This document shows positions 1-9,116 of a stretch of DNA of 41,549 bases, piece by piece. A program made the translations under genes and the position numbers. This stretch comes from a virus. The notes under the pieces were generated by a model. It made no database searches. It saw only the letters and a program-made list of their open reading frames with translations, and was not told where the DNA came from. The stretch's first letter is position 1. Each line of letters opens with the position of its first letter. The stretch is taken from the IMG/VR virus record IMGVR_UViG_3300045988_064955. One strand, 5' to 3'.

Positions 1-119
1 ATAGTTGTTATGCGTTGGCACGCCATTTTGAAAATAACTCCAAGCAATGAGCCAGCCGGTTAGTGTTTGAGACAGTGGAACCGACATTGTCGCAACGTCT
101 CCATTCTCGGGCATCATAG
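1..119. repeat. Terminal direct repeat, copy 1 of 2 (identical to 41431..41549); circular-closure / assembly overlap
   Basis: Bases 1..119 equal 41431..41549 base for base. A - strand reading frame runs through the junction uninterrupted, so the unique sequence is a 41,430-bp circle. Confidence 0.95.
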
Positions 120-2310
120 CCCCCTGCCAAACCATCTGGTTATTATTTGCTAATTGCAAGACTTTTACAGTGTCTAAAGTGCTTGAGATATAGGTTGCAC
201 TGTTTCCCAGTCCACTAGCTAAGTGTGTAAACTCAAGAGTCCCCATTGAGATTCTGCTAACATCCATCTTCGTTGTACCGTCAGTTTGTGTTATATATGA
301 CAGTAAGCCATCGGGGTTTAACTCAGTATGATATCTTTGACCATTTGGATTACCCTTAGTATCTTCAATTGTGCCATCAATGGTGTATGAAGTGCCATTC
401 AGAGCCAGCTTGCCAGTTGACAATATGTGTCCACCTTCAATAGGAGCATGAGTGAAAGGCACGTTTATTGTTGGAGAATTAATTTCTGCGCTGTCAATCT
501 CAATTGATTGCAACTTTTTGATATTCAACACTGCTTGCTGAATGCTCTGATCGACCCATTTTGAGCCGTCATAATACTGCAAGGCAGTTGCGTCATTGTA
601 ACTCGTGCCGTGCCACCAAGTATCGCCTTTTTTCGGGCTTACTGGGGCCGACAATTGTACATATGGATAAGGCACATCCTTGCTTCCGGGAACCCCTTGT
701 GGACCTTGTGGTCCCTGTGGACCTTGCGGTCCTTGATCACCTTTGTCACCTTTAAAAAGCGCCCAGTTGTAATCAGCTGGATTGGTGCTATCGGCCTGTG
801 TGAAGTCGCTATAGGTGCCAATATACTTTTTTCCATCGCCACCGGATACCGTGAACCCACTTTTGCCACTTACATCATCTGCCCAAGCGGTGTGAAAATA
901 GCTTGTACGGCCATCTGCACCCTTTGCACCGGGAACACCATCAGCACCATCAGCGCCCTTAATCAATGCCCACTTGCCAGCGTAATCATCCGGATTGTCA
1001 CTTGGTACAGATGACTTGTTACTGTAAACGACTGCCATGTACTTCTTGTTGGCTGGAAATGCCGACATATTGGTACCTTTGTCGTCATCGGCATAACGTA
1101 CCCAAGGCCAATACTGCACTGTTTTGGGAATGTTCTTGATTTTCTCAGCCAGTTCACGGTACTGAGCGGCAACTTGATCCGTCTCAATCAAATAATCGCC
1201 CAAAGTCGCCGTGTGCGTATCCATTGAATAACTGGACTTCAATTCAAGTAATCTTGCCGATAGATATAACCGCTCATTTTCGTCAGCTAAATGCACTGTA
1301 TCACCAATATCCACATTATCCGGCAGACGCGCTATATCCGTTTCATAGTTGACAACTGGGTGATTGTGCTTCTTTAGGTCGCTCAATGCTGACTGCAAGA
1401 GTGAAGCCTGCGTGGTCGCTTCATAAGTGTTGACCCGATTGATATAGGCGCCAGCGGCATCTGGCCTTGCGCCACCGCTTAATAGCCGACTCCACTGCTG
1501 GTTGGCTACCGGATCAAGCAAGATGCCATCTGAGGTCAATACAAACCGACCATCAGGATCAGTCCATTGATAGCCAGCTAACGTAATTGGCTTCTGTTCG
1601 CTCGTGTCCCCGTCTTTAGCTTCCGGCGTGCCACCAGTTGGTGTAATCGCTGTATACAGATCCCAGATGTTACCAGAAGTTACAATCTTGTTGATATCCT
1701 TATCAACATACAAGGTAATCCGCTTATCGGCACCAATGCGTTTGTGAATGTTGATGAGTCGCTGTACCACCGAGGTACCATTCAACTGAAAGCTGAACTC
1801 CAATTCCGCATGGTCAAATTGCGTTGCCACCGACAAAATTCGCGCCAGTGCTGTATCTGATTCACCAGTCCATTCAAGTGTTCGCTTCAAGTCTGGAATT
1901 TCATTCAAGCCAATATCAAATCCGGAATCTGTCACGAAGAAATTAATGTATTCAGCAATACTCATTGGTTTACCGGCTTTGTACGGACCAACCGTTTCAT
2001 TGATAAGATCAATGCCGGCATCTTCAGCAGTGAAAGTGGCCTCACCCAGTAAAGGATCATGGTTTGATTCCATGATGGTCATGAAAACGGCCTTACCCCG
2101 CGTATCTTTGTACAAGACATAATTGCCATACGTCAACATTCGCTTCACTTTGTCAGACGTTTCGGGCGTAAATAAGACTGTTCCAGTATAGGTACGTGCT
2201 CCGGCTGATATCAGTTGATCATCAGTATCGTTAACGATATGAATCGGACCTTCGCCAGCCGTAGCAATTCCCAGTAAATGCCAAGAACGATCGGTGAAAT
2301 AAAAATCCAT
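1..2310 (-). CDS. Tail-associated lysin / receptor-binding tail protein (Tal-like), N-terminal 770 codons; continues across the circular junction to 41233 (about 835 aa in total)
   Basis: ATG at 2310..2308 overlaps the Dit stop (TAATG). I checked every in-frame triplet from 2310 to 1 and found no - strand stop. The frame joins the 41233..41547 ORF (..GVPTHNNY|AFTLIPK..). N-terminus MDFYFTDRSWHLLG.. and the position after Dit fit siphovirus Tal. It is absent from the ORF track because it has no stop inside the window. Confidence 0.85.
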   Translation of the reverse strand, partial: MDFYFTDRSWHLLGIATAGEGPIHIVNDTDDQLISAGARTYTGTVLFTPETSDKVKRMLTYGNYVLYKDTRGKAVFMTIMESNHDPLLGEATFTAEDAGIDLINETVGPYKAGKPMSIAEYINFFVTDSGFDIGLNEIPDLKRTLEWTGESDTALARILSVATQFDHAELEFSFQLNGTSVVQRLINIHKRIGADKRITLYVDKDINKIVTSGNIWDLYTAITPTGGTPEAKDGDTSEQKPITLAGYQWTDPDGRFVLTSDGILLDPVANQQWSRLLSGGARPDAAGAYINRVNTYEATTQASLLQSALSDLKKHNHPVVNYETDIARLPDNVDIGDTVHLADENERLYLSARLLELKSSYSMDTHTATLGDYLIETDQVAAQYRELAEKIKNIPKTVQYWPWVRYADDDKGTNMSAFPANKKYMAVVYSNKSSVPSDNPDDYAGKWALIKGADGADGVPGAKGADGRTSYFHTAWADDVSGKSGFTVSGGDGKKYIGTYSDFTQADSTNPADYNWALFKGDKGDQGPQGPQGPQGPQGVPGSKDVPYPYVQLSAPVSPKKGDTWWHGTSYNDATALQYYDGSKWVDQSIQQAVLNIKKLQSIEIDSAEINSPTINVPFTHAPIEGGHILSTGKLALNGTSYTIDGTIEDTKGNPNGQRYHTELNPDGLLSYITQTDGTTKMDVSRISMGTLEFTHLASGLGNSATYISSTLDTVKVLQLANNNQMVWQGAMMPENGDVATMSVPLSQTLTGWLIAWSYFQNGVPTHNNY
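685..750 (-). repeat. Collagen-like G-X-Y run inside Tal (GDKGDQGPQGPQGPQGPQGVPG); degenerate 9-bp tandem DNA repeat
   Basis: Plus strand reads ccc ttg tgg acc ttg tgg tcc ctg tgg acc ttg cgg tcc ttg. Translated on the - strand it gives 22 residues of Gly-X-Y. Confidence 0.9.
910..957 (-). repeat. Second collagen-like G-X-Y run inside Tal (GADGADGVPGAKGADG)
   Basis: - strand translation of 957..910 gives 16 residues of Gly-X-Y. Like the first run, it is preceded by a ~55-aa W..ADD..G...Y..Y motif unit. Confidence 0.85.
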
Positions 2311-4232
2311 TATAGCCACGCCTCCCGCCACTCAACTTGACACATGTATCGTTCAGCCCAATCAGACTGCAAGACTTGAATCGTGTTCTTGCCCGGCAGC
2401 AGCTGGAAGCCTTCCCAGTTGTTACCGACAGCCTGTAAAGTAGGATCTTCAGCACCATTCAGACTGACAACCCGTTTAGCCACATCAATCTTGACCACAT
2501 CGCCTTCCTTGAATCGGTTAGGTACGTCTGTCCAATAGTCAACGTTTACCCAATCAAAATAACTGTCCTGCCAGCCCATATTGGCTTCGAGAACATCTGA
2601 GAAAGCAGAGAACCATACTGTCCAGCCATCAACTGGCAATGCACCAAACCCAGCAATAGTGAATGGCCGAATAACATTGCCACCACCAACCCGGTCAATA
2701 CGGAAAGTTAACTGGTCACCCATTTTTGAAATGACGGCGAAACTGTTTGCCCTTGAATAGAGGTCACGTGGTAGCGCTTCATGAAATAGCATTCGTGCAT
2801 CGTTTCCGTCATGTATCTTGCCTTCGAACATAACTTGGTCATCTGTTGTGCTTTGGTCATAAAGTGCCAACGAAGCAACGATTTTGCCTTCGTAAGTCAA
2901 ATTGAATTCAACTCGTCCAGCCCAATTTGTCATGGTGGCAAAGCGGATTAGATTACGCCATTCAAAGTTGCCATTCTGTTTGCCATTAGAATTAGCAGCA
3001 AGTTTGCCGCTCATTGATGGTCCGCTCCAATAGTTAGAGGGATTACGTTCCGTGTTGGGGTAAGCAATCGCATTGTCATAGCCGTCTGGGCGTCCATAAG
3101 AGAAAATGCCTTTTTGCTTATTGGGGGTAGACGGATTATCGCGATAGTTGGGATAAGTCAGCGCGCCATCATTCATCACAATGCCCTTAGGTTCATTTTC
3201 AAAGTCAAAATAGTATACCCGTTCAGACTTCTGCCGCACAACGCCATCAATCTCGCTGGGCGAACCAAATTGCAAGACTGACCCTTGATCATTGACAAAA
3301 GCAACAACCCCATTATCACCATGCATAGTTGCCGTAATAACTGGCTCGACAGGATAAGTGCCACCATTATGAACCGTGATGGTGTCGGTATAGTATTCAG
3401 GATCAGCGGGGTTAGGTGACCAGGGAGAAGCTGTGGTGCCTAATTCAACCTTAACCCAGACTTCGATGGTGGCATTCAGATTGTACATTTCAACATCAAT
3501 CTGATTAGTCGTTCCAGTTAGAGGATGCTTTGTCATTGTTTTGGGCCCTAATGTATACACGCCATTTCCGGTGATGGGAATATGGTTAATTAATCCCGAC
3601 CACGCTCCTGTACTTAGACCATCTTTAACATCAATATATGGCCCTACGCTATTAGTGGAATCTACCTTCCCCTGATAATTAGTGACGATAACTTTGGCTA
3701 CAGTAGTAATGGTCTTCCCTGACAAGTCTTCTGAAAGTTGCATATGAATGGGATATGCATCTTTTGATGTCGTGTTGGATCCACTGGCGTGTGAAGCTAT
3801 GGCAAAATTCACTGGCACGTCCTTGTATGGCATGTTGTCAGCCGTCTGCGTGGCTACCGAGTGCGCAATGCCATCGGGAACAAGAAAATTAATAGTACCA
3901 GTGCCAAGAAAATAAGCCCGGTCCATATCAATCTTACCGTCAACTTTTGCATACCAAAATTCATCAGGGCGATCATCAATGATTAGCTTCTGAACACCAG
4001 AGCTATAAAGCAATGGCGCTAGCTGTCGTTCAAATTCACGACGAGATAGCGCCACAAAATCATAAGTCACTGGAATTATTCTCGATTTCAATCGACTTCT
4101 AATAAGCATTTCTCCGTCCGATGCACCGACAGACTGGGTTGTATTCTCAACTTCAGAAAAAACGCCGCGGGCTGCACTGAATTGAAGAGAGGAACTGCCA
4201 ATCTTATGACCTCCAAATATTAAATTTGCCAC
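2310..4232 (-). CDS. Distal tail protein (Dit), enlarged 'evolved' form with internal insertions (candidate carbohydrate-binding modules)
   Basis: 640-aa ORF directly between TMP and Tal. The N-terminal ~130 aa (MANLIFGGHKIGSS..IPVTYDFV..FWYAKVDG) looks like the siphovirus tail-component (Dit) fold. It is 2-3 times the length of a minimal Dit. GTG start abuts the TMP stop (TAAGTG). Confidence 0.8.
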   Translation of the reverse strand: MANLIFGGHKIGSSSLQFSAARGVFSEVENTTQSVGASDGEMLIRSRLKSRIIPVTYDFVALSRREFERQLAPLLYSSGVQKLIIDDRPDEFWYAKVDGKIDMDRAYFLGTGTINFLVPDGIAHSVATQTADNMPYKDVPVNFAIASHASGSNTTSKDAYPIHMQLSEDLSGKTITTVAKVIVTNYQGKVDSTNSVGPYIDVKDGLSTGAWSGLINHIPITGNGVYTLGPKTMTKHPLTGTTNQIDVEMYNLNATIEVWVKVELGTTASPWSPNPADPEYYTDTITVHNGGTYPVEPVITATMHGDNGVVAFVNDQGSVLQFGSPSEIDGVVRQKSERVYYFDFENEPKGIVMNDGALTYPNYRDNPSTPNKQKGIFSYGRPDGYDNAIAYPNTERNPSNYWSGPSMSGKLAANSNGKQNGNFEWRNLIRFATMTNWAGRVEFNLTYEGKIVASLALYDQSTTDDQVMFEGKIHDGNDARMLFHEALPRDLYSRANSFAVISKMGDQLTFRIDRVGGGNVIRPFTIAGFGALPVDGWTVWFSAFSDVLEANMGWQDSYFDWVNVDYWTDVPNRFKEGDVVKIDVAKRVVSLNGAEDPTLQAVGNNWEGFQLLPGKNTIQVLQSDWAERYMCQVEWREAWL

Positions 4233-7200
4233 TTAGAAAATCCCCCTTCTTCTATTACTCATGATGGTGTCTCTGTTTTTCAATTTATTTATTGTTGGAT
4301 ACAGCCACCGTCCTACTTCACGCCCATTGTCGAGAACAACCTTGCCTTCAGGAACAGACGGGTTACTAATTTGATAAGTTGTTAATTCGATCAGTCTTGC
4401 TAGCAAATCCTCAACACGACTATTGCTACCACTAGAAATGCTGGTAACAAAGGTTTGCGGATTCAATTGGTTTATTCTATTAGCAGCGCCTCCGAAGTCT
4501 GTGGTGCCACCAGCAAAACGTGGAATGTTCATTCGACGAGCCTTATCAGCAGGAATAACCATTGAGTGACGAGCAAGCGGAAAAACAACATTTCGTTCTT
4601 TGAACATAAACATGTTGCCATTAGGAGTGATAATAGGCTCTTGATAGTTAGATCCGGGGGCATCGTTCACCATCGCCAGTGAACTCGTTCGAAGATCATT
4701 AGTTCCGTGCTGCAAGTGAAGAAGCTTCCGAATACTGTCCGAAATATTAGCCACAAAATTGAAAGTCTTCGTGATGACTTCATTCCCACCAAATGCGCTA
4801 ACTGCACGTTTGGCGGCACTTGCGGGTCCTGTCGTATTATCATGGCCTTTGAAATATTTATCTCCCGGATTTGTTCCATTAAAACTTCCGATACTGTTTT
4901 TACCAGATCCGGCAGCCCCCACAACGCTTGAAGCATTACCCATGAAGTAACGCATTGATGGGTTAGTTCCATTGAAACTGTTGACTTCGCCCTTACCTTT
5001 TTCAGCATGTGCCGTCACGTTTGAGGAATCCCCAGTAAAGTAACGTGCCAACGGATTAGTCATGTTAAAGGTATTGACCTCACTCTTACCGTGTTCAGCA
5101 TGTTGAGTGACATTTGAAGAATCGCCAGTGAATTGCTTCATCCCCGGCTTGTAAGAATCATAGGAGATTAGATCTCCTTTCGCTTGCGAAGTCTTCGTCA
5201 GTAAATCATTGACGTTAGCCGTCAACTCTTTCGGTCTCGGGTGTTTGGCCTCGTATGCATCTACATCAATGCCTGCCTCAACTAGTTTGGCGCGGGCATC
5301 AGCATTATTTACCAATAATTCTTTGGTCTTTGACGGTAATTGATTCCACAAACCAAACTTGGCCACAGCGTCAGCAAGCTGTTCCTTGCCTTTGGCCTGA
5401 ATCAGTGCCGTCTTAGCCTCGACTGACAACCTGTTCCAAGACTGTGCTTCAATCATGCCTTGAATCAAGGTGGCTGTTGCTTTATCTTGCACAATCATCT
5501 GCATCTGCTTAGGTGTCAGTTGGTTCCAACCGTTAACTTCATCAATTGCCGTGACTAGAGATGAATAATCACCCTTAACCACCGCCTGCATTTGCTGCGG
5601 AGTAATCTTGTTCCACAGGGCCAACTGGTCAAGCATGTCAGCGAGTTTACCCTCGCCCACGGCTTTTAGCGTTGTGTACTGATCTTTGGGATCGATTGAC
5701 TGCCACACGCCCAGGTTGAATAAGACGTCCTTGAGTTCGTCTTTACCCTTGGCATTGATCAACGCAGTTTGTTGTTTAAGTGTCAAACCCTGCCACTTGC
5801 CAGACTGCGTCAAGATATCAATGAGTGGCAAAGTAGCCTTGTCATGAACGATCGCTTGCTGTTCTTTGAGACTCAATTCATTCCAGTAACCCATTTGAAC
5901 CAGTGCGTTGACAAGCGGTGTGTAATCTCCACTGACGATGGCTTGTTGTTCTTTTGGCGTGAACTTATTCCATGAAACAAACTCGGTTATGATGTTAGCT
6001 AAGTCTTTTTGACCGGATGCCCTCACTAGAGCTGTCTTCTCTTGAACGGTCAGCGAATTCCACTTGTCGGTGGAGGCCATCGCCTCGACAATCATTTGCT
6101 TTGCATTTGAGCTAATCTTGGCATTCTTTAGGTCAAATTTAAGACGTTTCCAACCATCTTCCGTGCTTGCGGTATCCTTTAGAACTTGTGGCAGATTGGT
6201 GACAACTTTACCAGTTTTAGGATCTAGTACAAGGTTGTTCCAATCGTTACCAGCCTTCTGGACACTCTTGCTCATATTGGAATTAACGGCGGCCGCAAAT
6301 TGCTTACTATCTTTTACACCCTTACTCATTGCCTCTGAATAAGCGCTCATTGCTTTTTTAGCTTGAGACGCCGTCGCACCAAACTCTGTTTGAAGTTGTT
6401 CTTGAATCGTCTTGTTGGATAGTCCTTGCGCTTTCATTGCTTGGATCGCACCCGCATAAATCACGCTCATGTTGCTTTGATGATCTTTTTCCAGCTTTTC
6501 AAGATCTTTATTCTTTTGAGCCGTACTCAACTCAGCAGAGTTTTTAACGGCAGCATAATGTTTGCCATAAGTATCAGTTTCGTCAGCAAATGCCTGTTGC
6601 ATCTGGCTGTACTGTTCCTTAGCCGCTGCTTGACTCATCCGAATCTTTTCGCCATTAATAGCTTTTAAGACATTCGCTTGTTGGGTACCAGAAATTCTAA
6701 GCGTCTTAACGGCCTCGGCTGCACTGCTCTTGCGCAAATTATCCAGAATCTGAATTTGATCTCGAGTAAATTCGACATGTTCTTTGCTGGCAGATTCAGT
6801 AATTGACTTAGCTTGTTTGGCATTAGCCTCAATTTGCTTGATGCGTGCATCGTCGGCCTTCTTCATTTCTGCTGCGTCTTTACGAATCTGATCAGCAGTC
6901 GATCCACCGACTTGCTTCGCCAACTTGTCAAGTGCGGTTTGGGTGTTTTTGGACGATTCTTTAGCGGCCTTCGTAATATCATCAAAACTGTTGGCGATCG
7001 TTTTGGCATTTTCTTTGACAGTGTGGTTAGTGTCAGTGAAAGCACCACTGATCTTGCCAGAAGCGTCTCGCATCTTAGTTGCGGACCTATCTGCTGCCTC
7101 GCCAATGTCCGTGCCCCATCGTGAAGTTCTGTCAGCAGACTCAAGAGCCTTTTTGCCCCATAATTCCCAGATGGCTACACCGGCACCGACGACTGCTGTC

Positions 7201-9095
7201 ACACCTAAAACAACTGGGACGATTGGCCCCAATGCTGCGAGCAAACCTGTTCCGCTCGCTGCGGCTCCGCCCATGGCCGCTCCCATTCCAGAAGCACCAT
7301 CTGCTGCCGCAGCCGCTGCAGGCGCAACCTTCAGTGCTTCAAAAGCTGTCTTACTAAACCCAGACTTGAGCACATCCATTGCAGTCCCGCCAATTTTTGC
7401 GGCTGCGGATGCTCGTCCAATGACTCCCGCAATTCCAGATATTCCTTTGCTCAAAGCAGTAACGGGCTTAAGAGCTCCACCGATAAGAGAACTAACTGGC
7501 CCCACAACTGCCGCAAACGCTGCAAATTTAATAATGGTTTGTTGTGTACCACTGTCCATTTTTGTAAAGGCATTGACAACATCGGTTGCTGTTTTGATAA
7601 GAGGAGTCAGCGTCGGTAGAAGCTTTTGACCTACTTCAATTCCTAAAACATGAATCGACTCTTGAAATCTCTTCAATTTGGCGGCATCCGTATTGTTTAA
7701 CTGGTTAGCAATTTTGGCAGTTGTTCCGCTAGCATGCTCAGCTTCACTGGTATATTTGCGTAGCTCACCGCCACCTGCACCAATTAAGGCATTCATGCCG
7801 GCTTGCGCTTCAGTGCCAAAAGCCAACGCTACTGCAGAAGCACGTTGCTGGTCCGTCCACCCCTTAGTGTTATTCTTGATTTTGTCAAGAATCTCTGGAA
7901 GAGTTAAAGTTCCTTTTTTGAAATCAGCAACAGATATGCCTAATTCATTAAAGCCTTGAAGGTTTTGCTTAGAAGGCTTCAACAGTCTTGTTAAAGCACC
8001 ACGTAATGCTGTGCCAGCAACTGATCCTTCAATCCCTTTGTTGCTCATAATACCAATAGCAGCCGCTGTTTCTTCGAGTGAAATACCAGCAGCATGAGCA
8101 GAAGGCCCGACATACGTCATTGCCTCGCCCATATCTTGGAACCCTGCTGCAGTAGCGTTCGCAATATAGGTAAGAGCATCTGTAACGCGAGACGTGTTTT
8201 TAAGCATGCCCGTTGTTGATTCTGTCTTTAGACCAAATTGCTCCAAAACGGATGTAGAAACATGCATAACATCGTTGAAGTCATCGCCAGACGCTTTTGC
8301 CGCATTGAGAACTGCAGGCATAGCGCCTAAAGTTTGCGCAGCAGTATAGCCACGTTTGATCATTTCTGACATACCATCGTTAATTGCAGCCGTGGAAACG
8401 CCATATTCAACCGACCACTTTTTAGATGCTGATGCTAGTTGATCAAGTTGCGCACGATACTTAGCTGTAATCGCACCACCATTTGTTAGCAAGGGCCCCA
8501 TTGCTTGAATTTGGCTGTTGAAATCAATAGCAGATTTAGCTGCTGCCACAAACCCAATGGCAATTGGAGCAGTTACCGCCCTTGTCATCGTTGATCCGAA
8601 ACTGGTTAGCTTAGAGCTTGTCTTTTCAGTGACAGACGCAAACTTTGATGCACCGTTTGATACTTTAGTCCAGCCGTCACTTTGCAGCGCAATCTCTTTG
8701 CGTAAGGCCGCCATTCGATTTTCATTTTGAGCAGCAGCGGCAGCAGTCCGATTATACTGTGATGCAGCATTAGCTTGCAGCTTTGTAGCACGATTAATTT
8801 CTTCCTGCGATGCAGTCTCACTTTTATTAAGTCTTTCAACCGCTTTCGAATTTTCATCATACCGTTCTCGCTGTTTCTGAAGCTGAGCTTGGTAGTTCTT
8901 TGACTGGCGGCTCAATGTGTCATAGGTTGAACGCATGTTGTTGATAGACTTTTCAGAGCCCTTAAACGCAGCATCTTGAGCCCGCAACTCAGCGGCAGTT
9001 GCTTTAATTGAAGAGTTCAAAACTCGCTGGCTCACTTGAAACGGATCAATGTTCAAGCTTACGGTGGCCGCAATTTGTCCGAGATTTCCTAACAT
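4233..9095 (-). CDS. Tape measure protein
   Basis: 1620-aa ORF downstream of the tail chaperone pair, with RBS GAAAGGAGG. It has a coiled-coil N-terminus, a Gly/Ala-rich hydrophobic segment, and two families of internal tandem repeats. Confidence 0.92.
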   Translation of the reverse strand: MLGNLGQIAATVSLNIDPFQVSQRVLNSSIKATAAELRAQDAAFKGSEKSINNMRSTYDTLSRQSKNYQAQLQKQRERYDENSKAVERLNKSETASQEEINRATKLQANAASQYNRTAAAAAQNENRMAALRKEIALQSDGWTKVSNGASKFASVTEKTSSKLTSFGSTMTRAVTAPIAIGFVAAAKSAIDFNSQIQAMGPLLTNGGAITAKYRAQLDQLASASKKWSVEYGVSTAAINDGMSEMIKRGYTAAQTLGAMPAVLNAAKASGDDFNDVMHVSTSVLEQFGLKTESTTGMLKNTSRVTDALTYIANATAAGFQDMGEAMTYVGPSAHAAGISLEETAAAIGIMSNKGIEGSVAGTALRGALTRLLKPSKQNLQGFNELGISVADFKKGTLTLPEILDKIKNNTKGWTDQQRASAVALAFGTEAQAGMNALIGAGGGELRKYTSEAEHASGTTAKIANQLNNTDAAKLKRFQESIHVLGIEVGQKLLPTLTPLIKTATDVVNAFTKMDSGTQQTIIKFAAFAAVVGPVSSLIGGALKPVTALSKGISGIAGVIGRASAAAKIGGTAMDVLKSGFSKTAFEALKVAPAAAAAADGASGMGAAMGGAAASGTGLLAALGPIVPVVLGVTAVVGAGVAIWELWGKKALESADRTSRWGTDIGEAADRSATKMRDASGKISGAFTDTNHTVKENAKTIANSFDDITKAAKESSKNTQTALDKLAKQVGGSTADQIRKDAAEMKKADDARIKQIEANAKQAKSITESASKEHVEFTRDQIQILDNLRKSSAAEAVKTLRISGTQQANVLKAINGEKIRMSQAAAKEQYSQMQQAFADETDTYGKHYAAVKNSAELSTAQKNKDLEKLEKDHQSNMSVIYAGAIQAMKAQGLSNKTIQEQLQTEFGATASQAKKAMSAYSEAMSKGVKDSKQFAAAVNSNMSKSVQKAGNDWNNLVLDPKTGKVVTNLPQVLKDTASTEDGWKRLKFDLKNAKISSNAKQMIVEAMASTDKWNSLTVQEKTALVRASGQKDLANIITEFVSWNKFTPKEQQAIVSGDYTPLVNALVQMGYWNELSLKEQQAIVHDKATLPLIDILTQSGKWQGLTLKQQTALINAKGKDELKDVLFNLGVWQSIDPKDQYTTLKAVGEGKLADMLDQLALWNKITPQQMQAVVKGDYSSLVTAIDEVNGWNQLTPKQMQMIVQDKATATLIQGMIEAQSWNRLSVEAKTALIQAKGKEQLADAVAKFGLWNQLPSKTKELLVNNADARAKLVEAGIDVDAYEAKHPRPKELTANVNDLLTKTSQAKGDLISYDSYKPGMKQFTGDSSNVTQHAEHGKSEVNTFNMTNPLARYFTGDSSNVTAHAEKGKGEVNSFNGTNPSMRYFMGNASSVVGAAGSGKNSIGSFNGTNPGDKYFKGHDNTTGPASAAKRAVSAFGGNEVITKTFNFVANISDSIRKLLHLQHGTNDLRTSSLAMVNDAPGSNYQEPIITPNGNMFMFKERNVVFPLARHSMVIPADKARRMNIPRFAGGTTDFGGAANRINQLNPQTFVTSISSGSNSRVEDLLARLIELTTYQISNPSVPEGKVVLDNGREVGRWLYPTINKLKNRDTIMSNRRRGIF

Positions 9096-9116
9096 GTTTT
9101 ACCTCCTTTCATAGAA

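Noticed and set aside
1-119. The 119-bp terminal repeat as a genuine phage direct terminal repeat or LTR-like element
   Set aside because: It lies in the middle of an uninterrupted structural gene. The genome also has a standard HNH-cos-TerS-TerL packaging layout elsewhere. An assembly overlap of a circular or concatemeric molecule is the simpler explanation.
561-1187. Short track ORFs (561..755 +, 610..1014 +, 639..869 -, 963..1187 -) as genes of the 'empty' 2.3 kb
   Set aside because: All lie inside, and out of frame with or antisense to, the 770-codon Tal-like reading frame. They have no RBS and odd composition.
6925-7629. 234-aa + strand ORF and many other + strand ORFs (for example 4707..4931, 6064..6342, 7079..7357, 12391..12663, 27238..27636)
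   Set aside because: They are antisense shadow ORFs within long - strand genes. Their products are Ala/Pro/Ser-rich or otherwise low in complexity. They have no RBS and do not fit the operon structure.
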